Shown here piece by piece: positions 1 through 7,454 of a stretch of 29,108 bases of DNA. The stretch comes from Dehalococcoidales bacterium. Lineage in GTDB: Bacteria > Chloroflexota > Dehalococcoidia > Dehalococcoidales > DAOVUZ01. Both the position numbers and the translations under genes were made by a program. The first letter of the stretch is position 1. Every line of letters begins with the position of its first letter. Under the pieces are notes generated by a model. The model was not told where the DNA came from, ran no database searches, and saw nothing but the letters and a program-made list of their open reading frames with translations. The stretch covers positions 1 through 29,108 of the forward strand of contig DAOVUZ010000001.1 in assembly GCA_030632305.1 (NCBI GenBank). Direction: 5' to 3'.

Positions 1-627
1 GGCTGCCACAATATTAATTTTGTTTCACCCTCTCACTTTGTTCCCCAACTGGTCCGGGCAGTCCTGGAAGCCATACCCATGGGGCTTCGAGTACCACTGG
101 TTTACAACACTAACGGCTATGATTCTATTGCCTCTCTGAAAGAGCTTGACGGTATAATAAGTATTTACCTGCCCGATTTAAGATATGCCTCTGATGAGCG
201 GGCTAAGAAGTTCTCGCACACCCCCGATTATGTAGCACGGGCTCGGCAAGCTATTAGAGAAATGTACAGGCAAGTGGGAAACTTGATTGTGAATGAGCTT
301 GGTCTAGCACAACGGGGATTAATTGTACGCCATCTTATTCTGCCCAACGGACTGGCGGGTAGTGAGGAATCGTTAACCTGGATGGCTCGGGAACTTTCTC
401 CAACAGTGACTGTTAGCGTACTGTCTCAATACTTACAGCTGCACCGGGCCCGGCGAGGCCCTTTGCTTTCCAGGAAGATTTCAACGTCTGAGTATGAAAC
501 AGTGCTCCAGTTCCTGGATGATTTAGGTATAGAAAACGGTTGGGTACAAAAAATGGGGGCATCGGAAAATTACCTCCCCGATTTTGAACGGGAAGGCCAT
601 CCTTTCCTTGTTACTCCTGACAAATAG
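1..627 (+). CDS. Radical SAM protein, PflX-like, 5'-truncated by the window edge
   Basis: Frame is open from base 1 (GCHNINFVSPSHFVPQL...) and continues into YNTNGYD, YLPDLRY and VRHLILPNG, typical of PflX-like proteins. The CxxxCxxC motif lies outside the window. Confidence 0.8.
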   Translation, partial: GCHNINFVSPSHFVPQLVRAVLEAIPMGLRVPLVYNTNGYDSIASLKELDGIISIYLPDLRYASDERAKKFSHTPDYVARARQAIREMYRQVGNLIVNELGLAQRGLIVRHLILPNGLAGSEESLTWMARELSPTVTVSVLSQYLQLHRARRGPLLSRKISTSEYETVLQFLDDLGIENGWVQKMGASENYLPDFEREGHPFLVTPDK

Positions 628-913
628 AGATAACCTTTCTCGTTTACGTAGTCACAATAACACACAACTTTTACCTTTCAGGGTGTGCATCTGAAAGATA
701 CTTGGCGACTCAATAGAGGGCGACTCTTAGGAAGGGATTTGGCTCAAGGGGAGAGAGTATAACAAACCGCTATTTTGTGCAATGAGGTGACAAAACGCCC
801 TTTTGTTTAGCCTAGAATGTCCTTACTTCAGTGTACTGTCTTTTGCCGCAGCATCTTAATGCATGGCGGGTCATTTCTAATGCGGTTCTTGTTGCAGAAG
901 GTTGCTGTCATAT

Positions 914-2188
914 TCAGACATTGATGAACTTATTATAGAACGCGATATGCCTCTCAGCGATGGTCTCCCAGCTGAAGTAATTATGAATGGTCTTGCATCC
1001 CTCTTGTCCCATACTTGCGGCCAGCTGTCGGTCTTTCAACAGCATAATCAACGCCTCAGCAAACTCACTCACACTGGAAGGATCTACTAACAAACCATTC
1101 TCTCCTGACGAGATAGCATCCCTTATCCCTCCAAATTTGGAAGCAATAACTGCTTTGCCACAGGCCATAGCATCCAACGCGGTCATACCGAATGGTTCAA
1201 AAATTGAAGGCAGTACGAACAACTCCGACTGCTGATAGGAGGGAACAAGTAGTTTATCTGGCACATAACCCACGATGTGCACCCTACTGGGCATGCCCTT
1301 CTCGTTTATGATCCTCCTCATGGTAGCCAGTACTTCCAGCTCTCTCTGCTGCGGTTCGGGTGACCCGCCACCGATAACAAGGTGCACGTCGAGTACCGCC
1401 TTTCTCACGATATCAAAGGCATTGAGCAGAAGGTCATGCCCTTTATTAGAGTCGATCCGACTCAGGCAAAAAATATATTTATCCGGTAGGCCAGTTTTCA
1501 CCTTCCTCTCATCGGGCCTGAGCGGGTGGAAAACGTGAACATCCACACCTGGGGGGATAACAACAACATTGTCTGACGCAAACCTGTACAACTGCTCTAC
1601 TTTTTTTCTTTGGACTTTGGTTGTCACTATTTGCGCCTTCACCGACCTGAAGATTCGGAGTTCCTCTGATATTCGACGGTTGAACTTGTACTTGTTCTCC
1701 ATCTCTTTCGGTTCTCCCCCCATCTGCTCACGCTTCCACGCTCCCAAGGAATGGGCAGTGAAGAAGGTTGGTTTGCCAAACGCTTTTGCTACATCGAGTG
1801 AAACAATCCCCCCATCTACGTAATGGCCATGGAAGAGGTCATAGCGGATGTTCTTTTCCTGAATGAATCTTATCACATTCTCTGCCAGTTCCGGCAGAAT
1901 GTCGTAGATCTCCTCTTTGGGGATGAACTCCCACGGTCCGGCTCGTACCCGGATTACCCTCACACCGGGACAGTCCGGCATAGGGTCAATTTGCTTCTTG
2001 GAGGAATCAAACCACCGTGTATAAATATCGACTTTTACTTTGCATTTGGAGAGGGCTTTAGCCAACTGGAGCACATAGACGACCTGTCCCCCAGTATCTG
2101 TCCTCCCCAGTTGCGGAACTGGGTCAAAATATCCATGTGTGCTCAGCATGCAGATATTTTTAATTCTGCTATCTGCTTTTCCCCTCAT
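914..2188 (-). CDS. GT4 glycosyltransferase, sucrose-phosphate synthase / mannosylfructose-phosphate synthase (MfpsA)-like; glycosyltransferase domain only
   Basis: N-terminal STHGY...LGRTDTGGQVVYVL motif of the SPS/SuS/MfpsA group; HGHY, HSLG, SRIDSNKG and EPFGMTALDA motifs. No HAD domain. Confidence 0.85.
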   Translation of the reverse strand: MRGKADSRIKNICMLSTHGYFDPVPQLGRTDTGGQVVYVLQLAKALSKCKVKVDIYTRWFDSSKKQIDPMPDCPGVRVIRVRAGPWEFIPKEEIYDILPELAENVIRFIQEKNIRYDLFHGHYVDGGIVSLDVAKAFGKPTFFTAHSLGAWKREQMGGEPKEMENKYKFNRRISEELRIFRSVKAQIVTTKVQRKKVEQLYRFASDNVVVIPPGVDVHVFHPLRPDERKVKTGLPDKYIFCLSRIDSNKGHDLLLNAFDIVRKAVLDVHLVIGGGSPEPQQRELEVLATMRRIINEKGMPSRVHIVGYVPDKLLVPSYQQSELFVLPSIFEPFGMTALDAMACGKAVIASKFGGIRDAISSGENGLLVDPSSVSEFAEALIMLLKDRQLAASMGQEGCKTIHNYFSWETIAERHIAFYNKFINV

Positions 2189-2834
2189 TTTTAATTACCT
2201 TCTTCACCCTGTAATTGTCAGTTACAATAATGTCAGCTCGAGGCTTATGAGATGATATAATTCTGTGCTCGATCCTAAGTATCCTTTCGAGAAGTTCATC
2301 CTGTTCTTCTCTTAACCTTAGTTTGCGTATTTCTCTGGTATCAATGTAAGTTCGATCAATGAAAATACGCTGGTGAACATTTTTCAAGATGGTAGTATAG
2401 GTTCCATCAACTATGATTGTCTTAACCCCTTCAACTTTGACCACTTCTTCAGTGATTCTATCCTCATCAAAGATTACTAATGGTTTATCAATTTCATTTT
2501 CCCCATCGATGATGTCACGAAGATTCTGGTCGAGCACCTCAAGGTAAACTTCAGATAGCCCAACATGACTGATATCCTTTCTGCGCATCTCAGCATTTGT
2601 TCTTGGAGGGTACACGAAGTAATCATCCTGTTGGAGAATAATAGTTCTGATGCCCTTTTCAAAAAGAAACTCGAAGATAGCTGCAGCGATTTCTGACTTC
2701 CCGCTACCGGATTCACCGGCAATCGCAATAATGAATTTACTCTGCGCCTTCACAATTTGCGGGAGAAGCAATTCCGTTATGCTGTGCGCCGCCTTAACAT
2801 GCCCTTCTTGTACAACAAGCTTATCTCCCTTCAT
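2169..2834 (-). CDS. P-loop kinase, phosphoribulokinase/uridine kinase/pantothenate kinase family; substrate unknown
   Basis: Walker A GESGSGKS, plus QQDDYF and IIVDGTY. I prefer ATG 2834 (GGTGG upstream) over GTG 2843. Overlaps the GT4 start by 20 nt. Confidence 0.75.
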   Translation of the reverse strand: MKGDKLVVQEGHVKAAHSITELLLPQIVKAQSKFIIAIAGESGSGKSEIAAAIFEFLFEKGIRTIILQQDDYFVYPPRTNAEMRRKDISHVGLSEVYLEVLDQNLRDIIDGENEIDKPLVIFDEDRITEEVVKVEGVKTIIVDGTYTTILKNVHQRIFIDRTYIDTREIRKLRLREEQDELLERILRIEHRIISSHKPRADIIVTDNYRVKKVIKNEGKSR

Positions 2835-2871
2835 CCACACCACCTATCCCAGAATGATACTCCCACAATTT

Positions 2872-2950
2872 GGTATAACTTGTTCATATGCGCATTGTCG
2901 ATGTAAATGTCTTTGCGTGAGCTTCCGTGATTGTTTGCCCTTATTATACC
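2872..2950 (-). ncRNA. Candidate degenerate c-di-GMP-I (GEMM)-like riboswitch or other structured leader
   Basis: GGGCAAAC, GGAA, ACGCAAAG, UCGAC..UAUGA and AGUU occur in GEMM order, but the inner P2 and P3 stems do not pair well. Confidence 0.3.
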
Positions 2951-2951
2951 A
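2943..2951 (-). promoter_or_regulatory. Extended -10 element for the kinase-GT4 unit
   Basis: Minus strand reads TGGTATAAT about 110 nt upstream of the start. No -35 at 17 bp. Confidence 0.5.
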
Positions 2952-3121
2952 CTGTTGTTAAAAGCCGACCCAGTATCAATTTATAGCTATCTAGCCAAGG
3001 TTTGCAGGCAATTGCGGAGGTATAGTGCAATAATCAGTGCACATGACGCTATTTTGTCAATCTCCTTCGTATCACCTTTGTAGGGACCAATATGCCGCAC
3101 AACGGAGTAAACAAAACGAGT

Positions 3122-4669
3122 TCAAGCTTCCCACACCACCTTACCACCAATAATGGTCATCTCCACTTTAATCTCTTTTATCTGCTCCGGGGGTGATTTA
3201 ATAGGGTCACCGCTTAATACCACAATATCAGCCAGCTTACCCCGGGTAATGGAGCCCTTTATGCCCTCTTCAAAAGAGGCGTAGGCAGCATTTATGGTAT
3301 ACATAGCCAGCGCCTGTCGAGGTGAAATACACTCCTGGGGTAGAAGCTGCTGCCCCGATTCAGCCTGTCTGGTGACAGCGGCATATATGCCGACCAACGG
3401 GTTATTAGGAACTATCGGAGAATCTGAGCTACCGGCGACAATCAAGCCACTATCGTGGAAGGACTCAATTCGGTATAACAACGGGAACTTATTTGAAGTT
3501 AGCTCTCCCAGATACCTTTCACCACTATAATAGAGGAAGGGGGGTTGAGGAACCACCACCACCTGAAGCTTGCTTAATCGCTTAAGCAGGTGGGGAGGGC
3601 ACTCAGCACAATGCTCTATGCGGTGGCGTCGTCCAGTTTGAGGAAGATGACTATGGGCATATTCCAGGGCAGTGATGGCTGCCTCCACTGTGCTTTGCTC
3701 AATGGCGTGAATGGCAAGCTGAAATCCAGCCCGGTGAACATTAAATGCCTGCTGGTTTAACTCCGACTGCGGAGGATACAGTTGCCCCGTGGTTTCACTC
3801 AGTATTATCTTTACCCCGCCCAGGCGCAACTGGCTATCACCATAGCCCGGAGCCAAGCCTGCCTCCTGAAACTGGCTCAGGGCTTCAGCACCAAACATCA
3901 TAGATAGCCGACTCTTCAGTTTGCCGGTGTCCTCAAATTGGTGAAAGGCTTGCCAATGACTGAAACCATTGCCGATAGTTGCCTCCTGGAGAGAGGTAAT
4001 GCCCAGAGACAGGTAACGCCGATTGGCTAGGGCTATGCCCTGTGCTACCTCCTCTTCCGATAAAGGGGGTAATACCCTCTCCCTGACATAATCCAACATC
4101 TCAAAAAGGACACCGGTTGGTTCTCCGGTGCCTAGGTCTCTATCAATAAGCCCGCCAGGTGGTTCCTGGGTTTCCCTGGTAATGCCAGCCAGGGAGAGTG
4201 CCAGGCTGTTGAGCATGCCGGCATGCAGGGAGCAGTGAGCCAGGACTACCGGGTGGTGAGGTGCCACCTCATCTATATCCCAGCGGGTGGGGTGGCGCTT
4301 CTCGGCAAGATAAAACTCATTATAGCCAGCGCCAGTGAGCCATTTGCCTGGTGGGGTGTTTTGAGCTTGGTGGCGGATGGCTGCCTTTATATCGCTAATA
4401 GAGCTAACTGATGACGGGCTCAAGTCAATACTTAACTGCTTTCTTATCAAGAAGAAGATATGGCAATGGGCATCATTAAAACCAGGCACCACCGTCTTAC
4501 CCTGGCAATCAACTATTCTGGTTTTTGCCCCCGTAACCGACTCCAGCTCTTCCCTACCGGCAACCAGTAAGATTTTGTCACCAGTAATAGCCACCAGCCC
4601 AGCGGCAGGTTGCCCGGCATCCATCGTCAGCACATTAGCATTTTTGAGGATAATATCAGCGATTGGCAT
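3122..4669 (-). CDS. YtcJ/NfdA-like metal-dependent amidohydrolase (amidohydrolase_3)
   Basis: PGFNDAHCH, AIHAIEQ, RHRIEHC, GSSDSP and GKLADIVVL motifs. Start placed at ATG 4669 (MPIADIILKNANV). Confidence 0.88.
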   Translation of the reverse strand: MPIADIILKNANVLTMDAGQPAAGLVAITGDKILLVAGREELESVTGAKTRIVDCQGKTVVPGFNDAHCHIFFLIRKQLSIDLSPSSVSSISDIKAAIRHQAQNTPPGKWLTGAGYNEFYLAEKRHPTRWDIDEVAPHHPVVLAHCSLHAGMLNSLALSLAGITRETQEPPGGLIDRDLGTGEPTGVLFEMLDYVRERVLPPLSEEEVAQGIALANRRYLSLGITSLQEATIGNGFSHWQAFHQFEDTGKLKSRLSMMFGAEALSQFQEAGLAPGYGDSQLRLGGVKIILSETTGQLYPPQSELNQQAFNVHRAGFQLAIHAIEQSTVEAAITALEYAHSHLPQTGRRHRIEHCAECPPHLLKRLSKLQVVVVPQPPFLYYSGERYLGELTSNKFPLLYRIESFHDSGLIVAGSSDSPIVPNNPLVGIYAAVTRQAESGQQLLPQECISPRQALAMYTINAAYASFEEGIKGSITRGKLADIVVLSGDPIKSPPEQIKEIKVEMTIIGGKVVWEA

Positions 4670-4679
4670 TTTGAACCCT

Positions 4680-4729
4680 TTGACCAGATAGCTAGGGGGT
4701 AGTATACTACCAGCAACCTGATACCACAA
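4680..4729. promoter_or_regulatory. Bidirectional sigma70-type promoter with a shared palindromic -10
   Basis: Plus strand: TTGACC(4680)-17-TATACT(4703). Minus strand: TTGTGG(4729)-17-TATACT(4706). Perfect palindrome GGTAGTATACTACC at 4698-4711. Confidence 0.65.
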
Positions 4730-4740
4730 CGGAGATTCAT

Positions 4741-5487
4741 ATGAACACAGAGCAACTGGCTGAGAAGCTGACTTTGTGGATAAGAGACAAGGTAGTGACT
4801 GCCGGATATAAGGGGGTAGTAGTGGGGATGAGTGGCGGGCTCGATTCCTCGGTACTGGCAGTATTGTGTCACCGCGCTTTCCCCCAGAGTATGTTCGGCG
4901 TGCTTATGCCTTGCTACAGCAGCCAGGAGGACAGGGAGCATGCCCTGGCTACGGCTAGCAAATTTTCCATTCCGACCAAGACAGTGGCTCTTGATACCGT
5001 CTTTGATACTTTGCTCCAGGCTTTACCCCGTGATAGGGTAGACCCTGCTGTCAGCCGACTAGCTGAAGCCAATCTCAAGTCCAGGTTAAGGATGCTCACC
5101 CTTTACTACTTTGCCAACCAGCTTAAATATATGGTGGTCGGGGCAGGTAACCGGAGCGAGCTTTCCGTGGGCTACTTTACCAAGTATGGGGATAGCGGGG
5201 TAGATATTCTGCCCTTGGGCAATCTGGCCAAAGGACAGGTAAGGGAGCTAGCCAGCTTCCTGGGTATTCCCCAGCAAATTATTGATAAGCCTGTCTCGGC
5301 TGGTTTATGGCAAGGACAAACTGATGAAGCCGAGCTGGGGTTCAGCTATGAGGAACTCGACCGCTATCTGGTTACCGGCGAAGCCTCGGCTGAACTTAAA
5401 AAAAGGATTGAGTCCATGATAGCCGCCAGCGACCACAAGCGCCTGCCACCACCGGTAGCTAACTTTGATAATAGCGCGTCCGCCTGA
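4741..5487 (+). CDS. nadE: NH3-dependent NAD+ synthetase
   Basis: SGGLDSS, ANLKSRLRM, GYFTKYGD and QTDEAELG motifs. 248 aa with no glutaminase domain. Confidence 0.95.
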   Translation: MNTEQLAEKLTLWIRDKVVTAGYKGVVVGMSGGLDSSVLAVLCHRAFPQSMFGVLMPCYSSQEDREHALATASKFSIPTKTVALDTVFDTLLQALPRDRVDPAVSRLAEANLKSRLRMLTLYYFANQLKYMVVGAGNRSELSVGYFTKYGDSGVDILPLGNLAKGQVRELASFLGIPQQIIDKPVSAGLWQGQTDEAELGFSYEELDRYLVTGEASAELKKRIESMIAASDHKRLPPPVANFDNSASA

Positions 5488-5572
5488 GCAATATCAGCCA
5501 GTATAGAGATTGTTTGCCAGCCCCTCACCTTTTATCCCTTTACCCCTTTACTAAACAGCCCCGTATGTCCTC

Positions 5573-5601
5573 TTGTTTTGACAGGGTGGTTATGCTATGA
5601 T
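5573..5601 (+). promoter_or_regulatory. recA promoter
   Basis: TTGTTT-17-TATGAT with an extended TG. Confidence 0.55.
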
Positions 5602-5616
5602 TTAGGTAAGGCGAAT

Positions 5617-6630
5617 ATGACCACGGAGAAAGAGAAGGCGCTAGAGCTGGCTATTGGCCAGATTGAAAAGCGGTTCGGTAAGGGCTCAGTGATGAAGCTG
5701 GGAGAGTCCGCTATCATGTCATCGGTGGAGGCTATCCCTACCGGCTCACTGGGGTTAGACCTGGCCCTAGGTATTGGTGGAATCCCCAGGGGGCGGATTA
5801 CGGAAATATTCGGTCCTGAGGGGTCAGGAAAAACTACCTTAGGTCAACATGTAATTGCTGAAGCCCAAAAGCGAGGGGGCATGGCTGCCTACATCGATGT
5901 GGAGCATGCTTTGGACCCGGCCTATGCTGGTAATTGTGGGGTTAACACTGATGACCTACTCATCTCTCAACCTGATACCGGGGAACAGGCTCTGGAGATT
6001 ACCGAGGCACTGGTCAGGAGCGGGGCTATTGATGTGATAGTGATTGATAGTGTCGCTGCCTTAGTACCCCGGGCTGAGATTGAGGGAGAGATGGGGGACA
6101 CCCATGTTGGCTTACAAGCTCGCCTGATGTCGCAAGCGCTGAGAAAGCTAGCTGCTGCTATTGCTAAGTCGGGGACGGCGGTGATATTTATCAACCAGCT
6201 ACGAGAAAAGGTTGGCATTGTCTTTGGTAATCCTGAGGTAACACCCGGAGGCAGGGCTTTGAAATTCTATAGCTCAATAAGGCTAGACCTGAGGCGTGTG
6301 GAAACAATCAAGCAGGGAACCGAGGCAATAGGCAGCCATGTCAGGGCTAAGGTAGTTAAAAACAAGGTTGCCCCCCCGTTCAGAAGTGCTGAGTTTGACA
6401 TCATGTTTGACCATGGGATAAGCAGGGAGGGTAATCTTATCGACCTGGGAGCAGAGCTAGGGCTGATAAAGAAAGCCGGCACCTTTTTCTCTCACGGTGA
6501 CATTCGCCTGGGGCAAGGCAGAGAAAATGCCAAGCAATACCTGAAGCAGAATCCTGAGCTTGCTCAGGAGATTGAGCAGCAGATTAGAGCCTCAGCCGTC
6601 ACCAACCATCACCCTTTACCTAGTGATTAA
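5617..6630 (+). CDS. recA: Recombinase A
   Basis: [25 protein letters not shown] and [12 protein letters not shown] motifs. Start placed at ATG 5617 ([12 protein letters not shown]). Confidence 0.99.
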   Translation: MTTEKEKALELAIGQIEKRFGKGSVMKLGESAIMSSVEAIPTGSLGLDLALGIGGIPRGRITEIFGPEGSGKTTLGQHVIAEAQKRGGMAAYIDVEHALDPAYAGNCGVNTDDLLISQPDTGEQALEITEALVRSGAIDVIVIDSVAALVPRAEIEGEMGDTHVGLQARLMSQALRKLAAAIAKSGTAVIFINQLREKVGIVFGNPEVTPGGRALKFYSSIRLDLRRVETIKQGTEAIGSHVRAKVVKNKVAPPFRSAEFDIMFDHGISREGNLIDLGAELGLIKKAGTFFSHGDIRLGQGRENAKQYLKQNPELAQEIEQQIRASAVTNHHPLPSD

Positions 6631-6666
6631 AAGCACTATAAATAGGTTAATAGGTAATAAAGCTAA

Positions 6667-6696
6667 ACAAGGCTGAGGCTTAGGCTTCAGTCTTGT
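6667..6696 (+). terminator. Stem-loop between recA and recX (partial terminator or mRNA stabiliser)
   Basis: ACAAGGCTGAGGC-TTAG-GCTTCAGTCTTGT: 13-bp stem with two G-U pairs and a weak T-tail. Confidence 0.5.
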
Positions 6697-6722
6697 GTCT
6701 TTGAAGGGGGTAAGGCAAATTA

Positions 6723-7370
6723 ATGAGCAAGATTACTGCCATCCGTGCCGGCAGGAAGCGAGGAAAACGGGCAAATGTGTTCCTGGACGGCGGGTTTGCT
6801 TTTAGCCTGGAAGCTGAGGTGGCAATAAGGGAGGGGCTACAGGTTGGACAGGAGCTATCGGCTAATCAGATTGAAGCCCTGGCTAGGTCTGACTGCTTCC
6901 ACCGCTGCCTTAATACTGCTGCTAACTACCTCGGCTACCGACCTCGGAGCGAGTTTGAGCTAAGGGAGCGGCTTCAACGGCGAGGTTTTGATGGTGATAG
7001 TGTAGATGCAGTGCTCGCCAAGCTAAAGGAGCAGGGAGTGGTGGATGATATGGCTTTTGCTCAATTCTGGAGGGACAACCGCCAGTCATTTAGCCCGCGT
7101 AGCCAGTGGTTAACCAAGTTAGAATTAAGGCGAAAAGGGGTAGCCGCTGACATCATAGACCATGTGGTAGATACTGTTGATAACGCCGATAGTGCCTACC
7201 GATCAGCGCTGAGTAAGGCTCGTGGTTTATCCCGGTCTGATTATCAGAGCTTTCGCCGCCGTTTGGGTGAGTATCTTAAGCGGCGTGGCTTCGGTTACGG
7301 GGTGATAAATCATACTGTGGAACGGATATGGCAGGAACAGGGAGTAGGACAGGATGGCATTTTACCCTGA
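6723..7370 (+). CDS. recX: RecA regulator RecX
   Basis: YLGYRPRSEFELRERL, DDMAFA and ELRRKGV motifs. Directly downstream of recA. Confidence 0.92.
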   Translation: MSKITAIRAGRKRGKRANVFLDGGFAFSLEAEVAIREGLQVGQELSANQIEALARSDCFHRCLNTAANYLGYRPRSEFELRERLQRRGFDGDSVDAVLAKLKEQGVVDDMAFAQFWRDNRQSFSPRSQWLTKLELRRKGVAADIIDHVVDTVDNADSAYRSALSKARGLSRSDYQSFRRRLGEYLKRRGFGYGVINHTVERIWQEQGVGQDGILP

Positions 7371-7454
7371 CACTAAATTAGTGAGGTGAATAGCATTAAC
7401 TAGCTATAGCTTGTCCCCAGCAATAGAAAGCTATAAGTGAAAGAGAGGTGAAAT

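Noticed and set aside
5521-5556. Pyrimidine-rich stretch resembling the repeat terminus
   Set aside because: No complementary arm, and the similarity could be low-complexity chance.
5578-5616. Longer N-termini from the ORF track (recA, amidohydrolase, DedA, fmt, NifU, zinc-finger protein)
   Set aside because: They overlap promoter elements or lack an RBS; downstream starts match the family N-termini better.
7405-7435. TATAGCTT...AAGCTATA inverted repeat before rny
   Set aside because: Single AT-rich 8-bp pair with no second instance; cannot be assigned a function.
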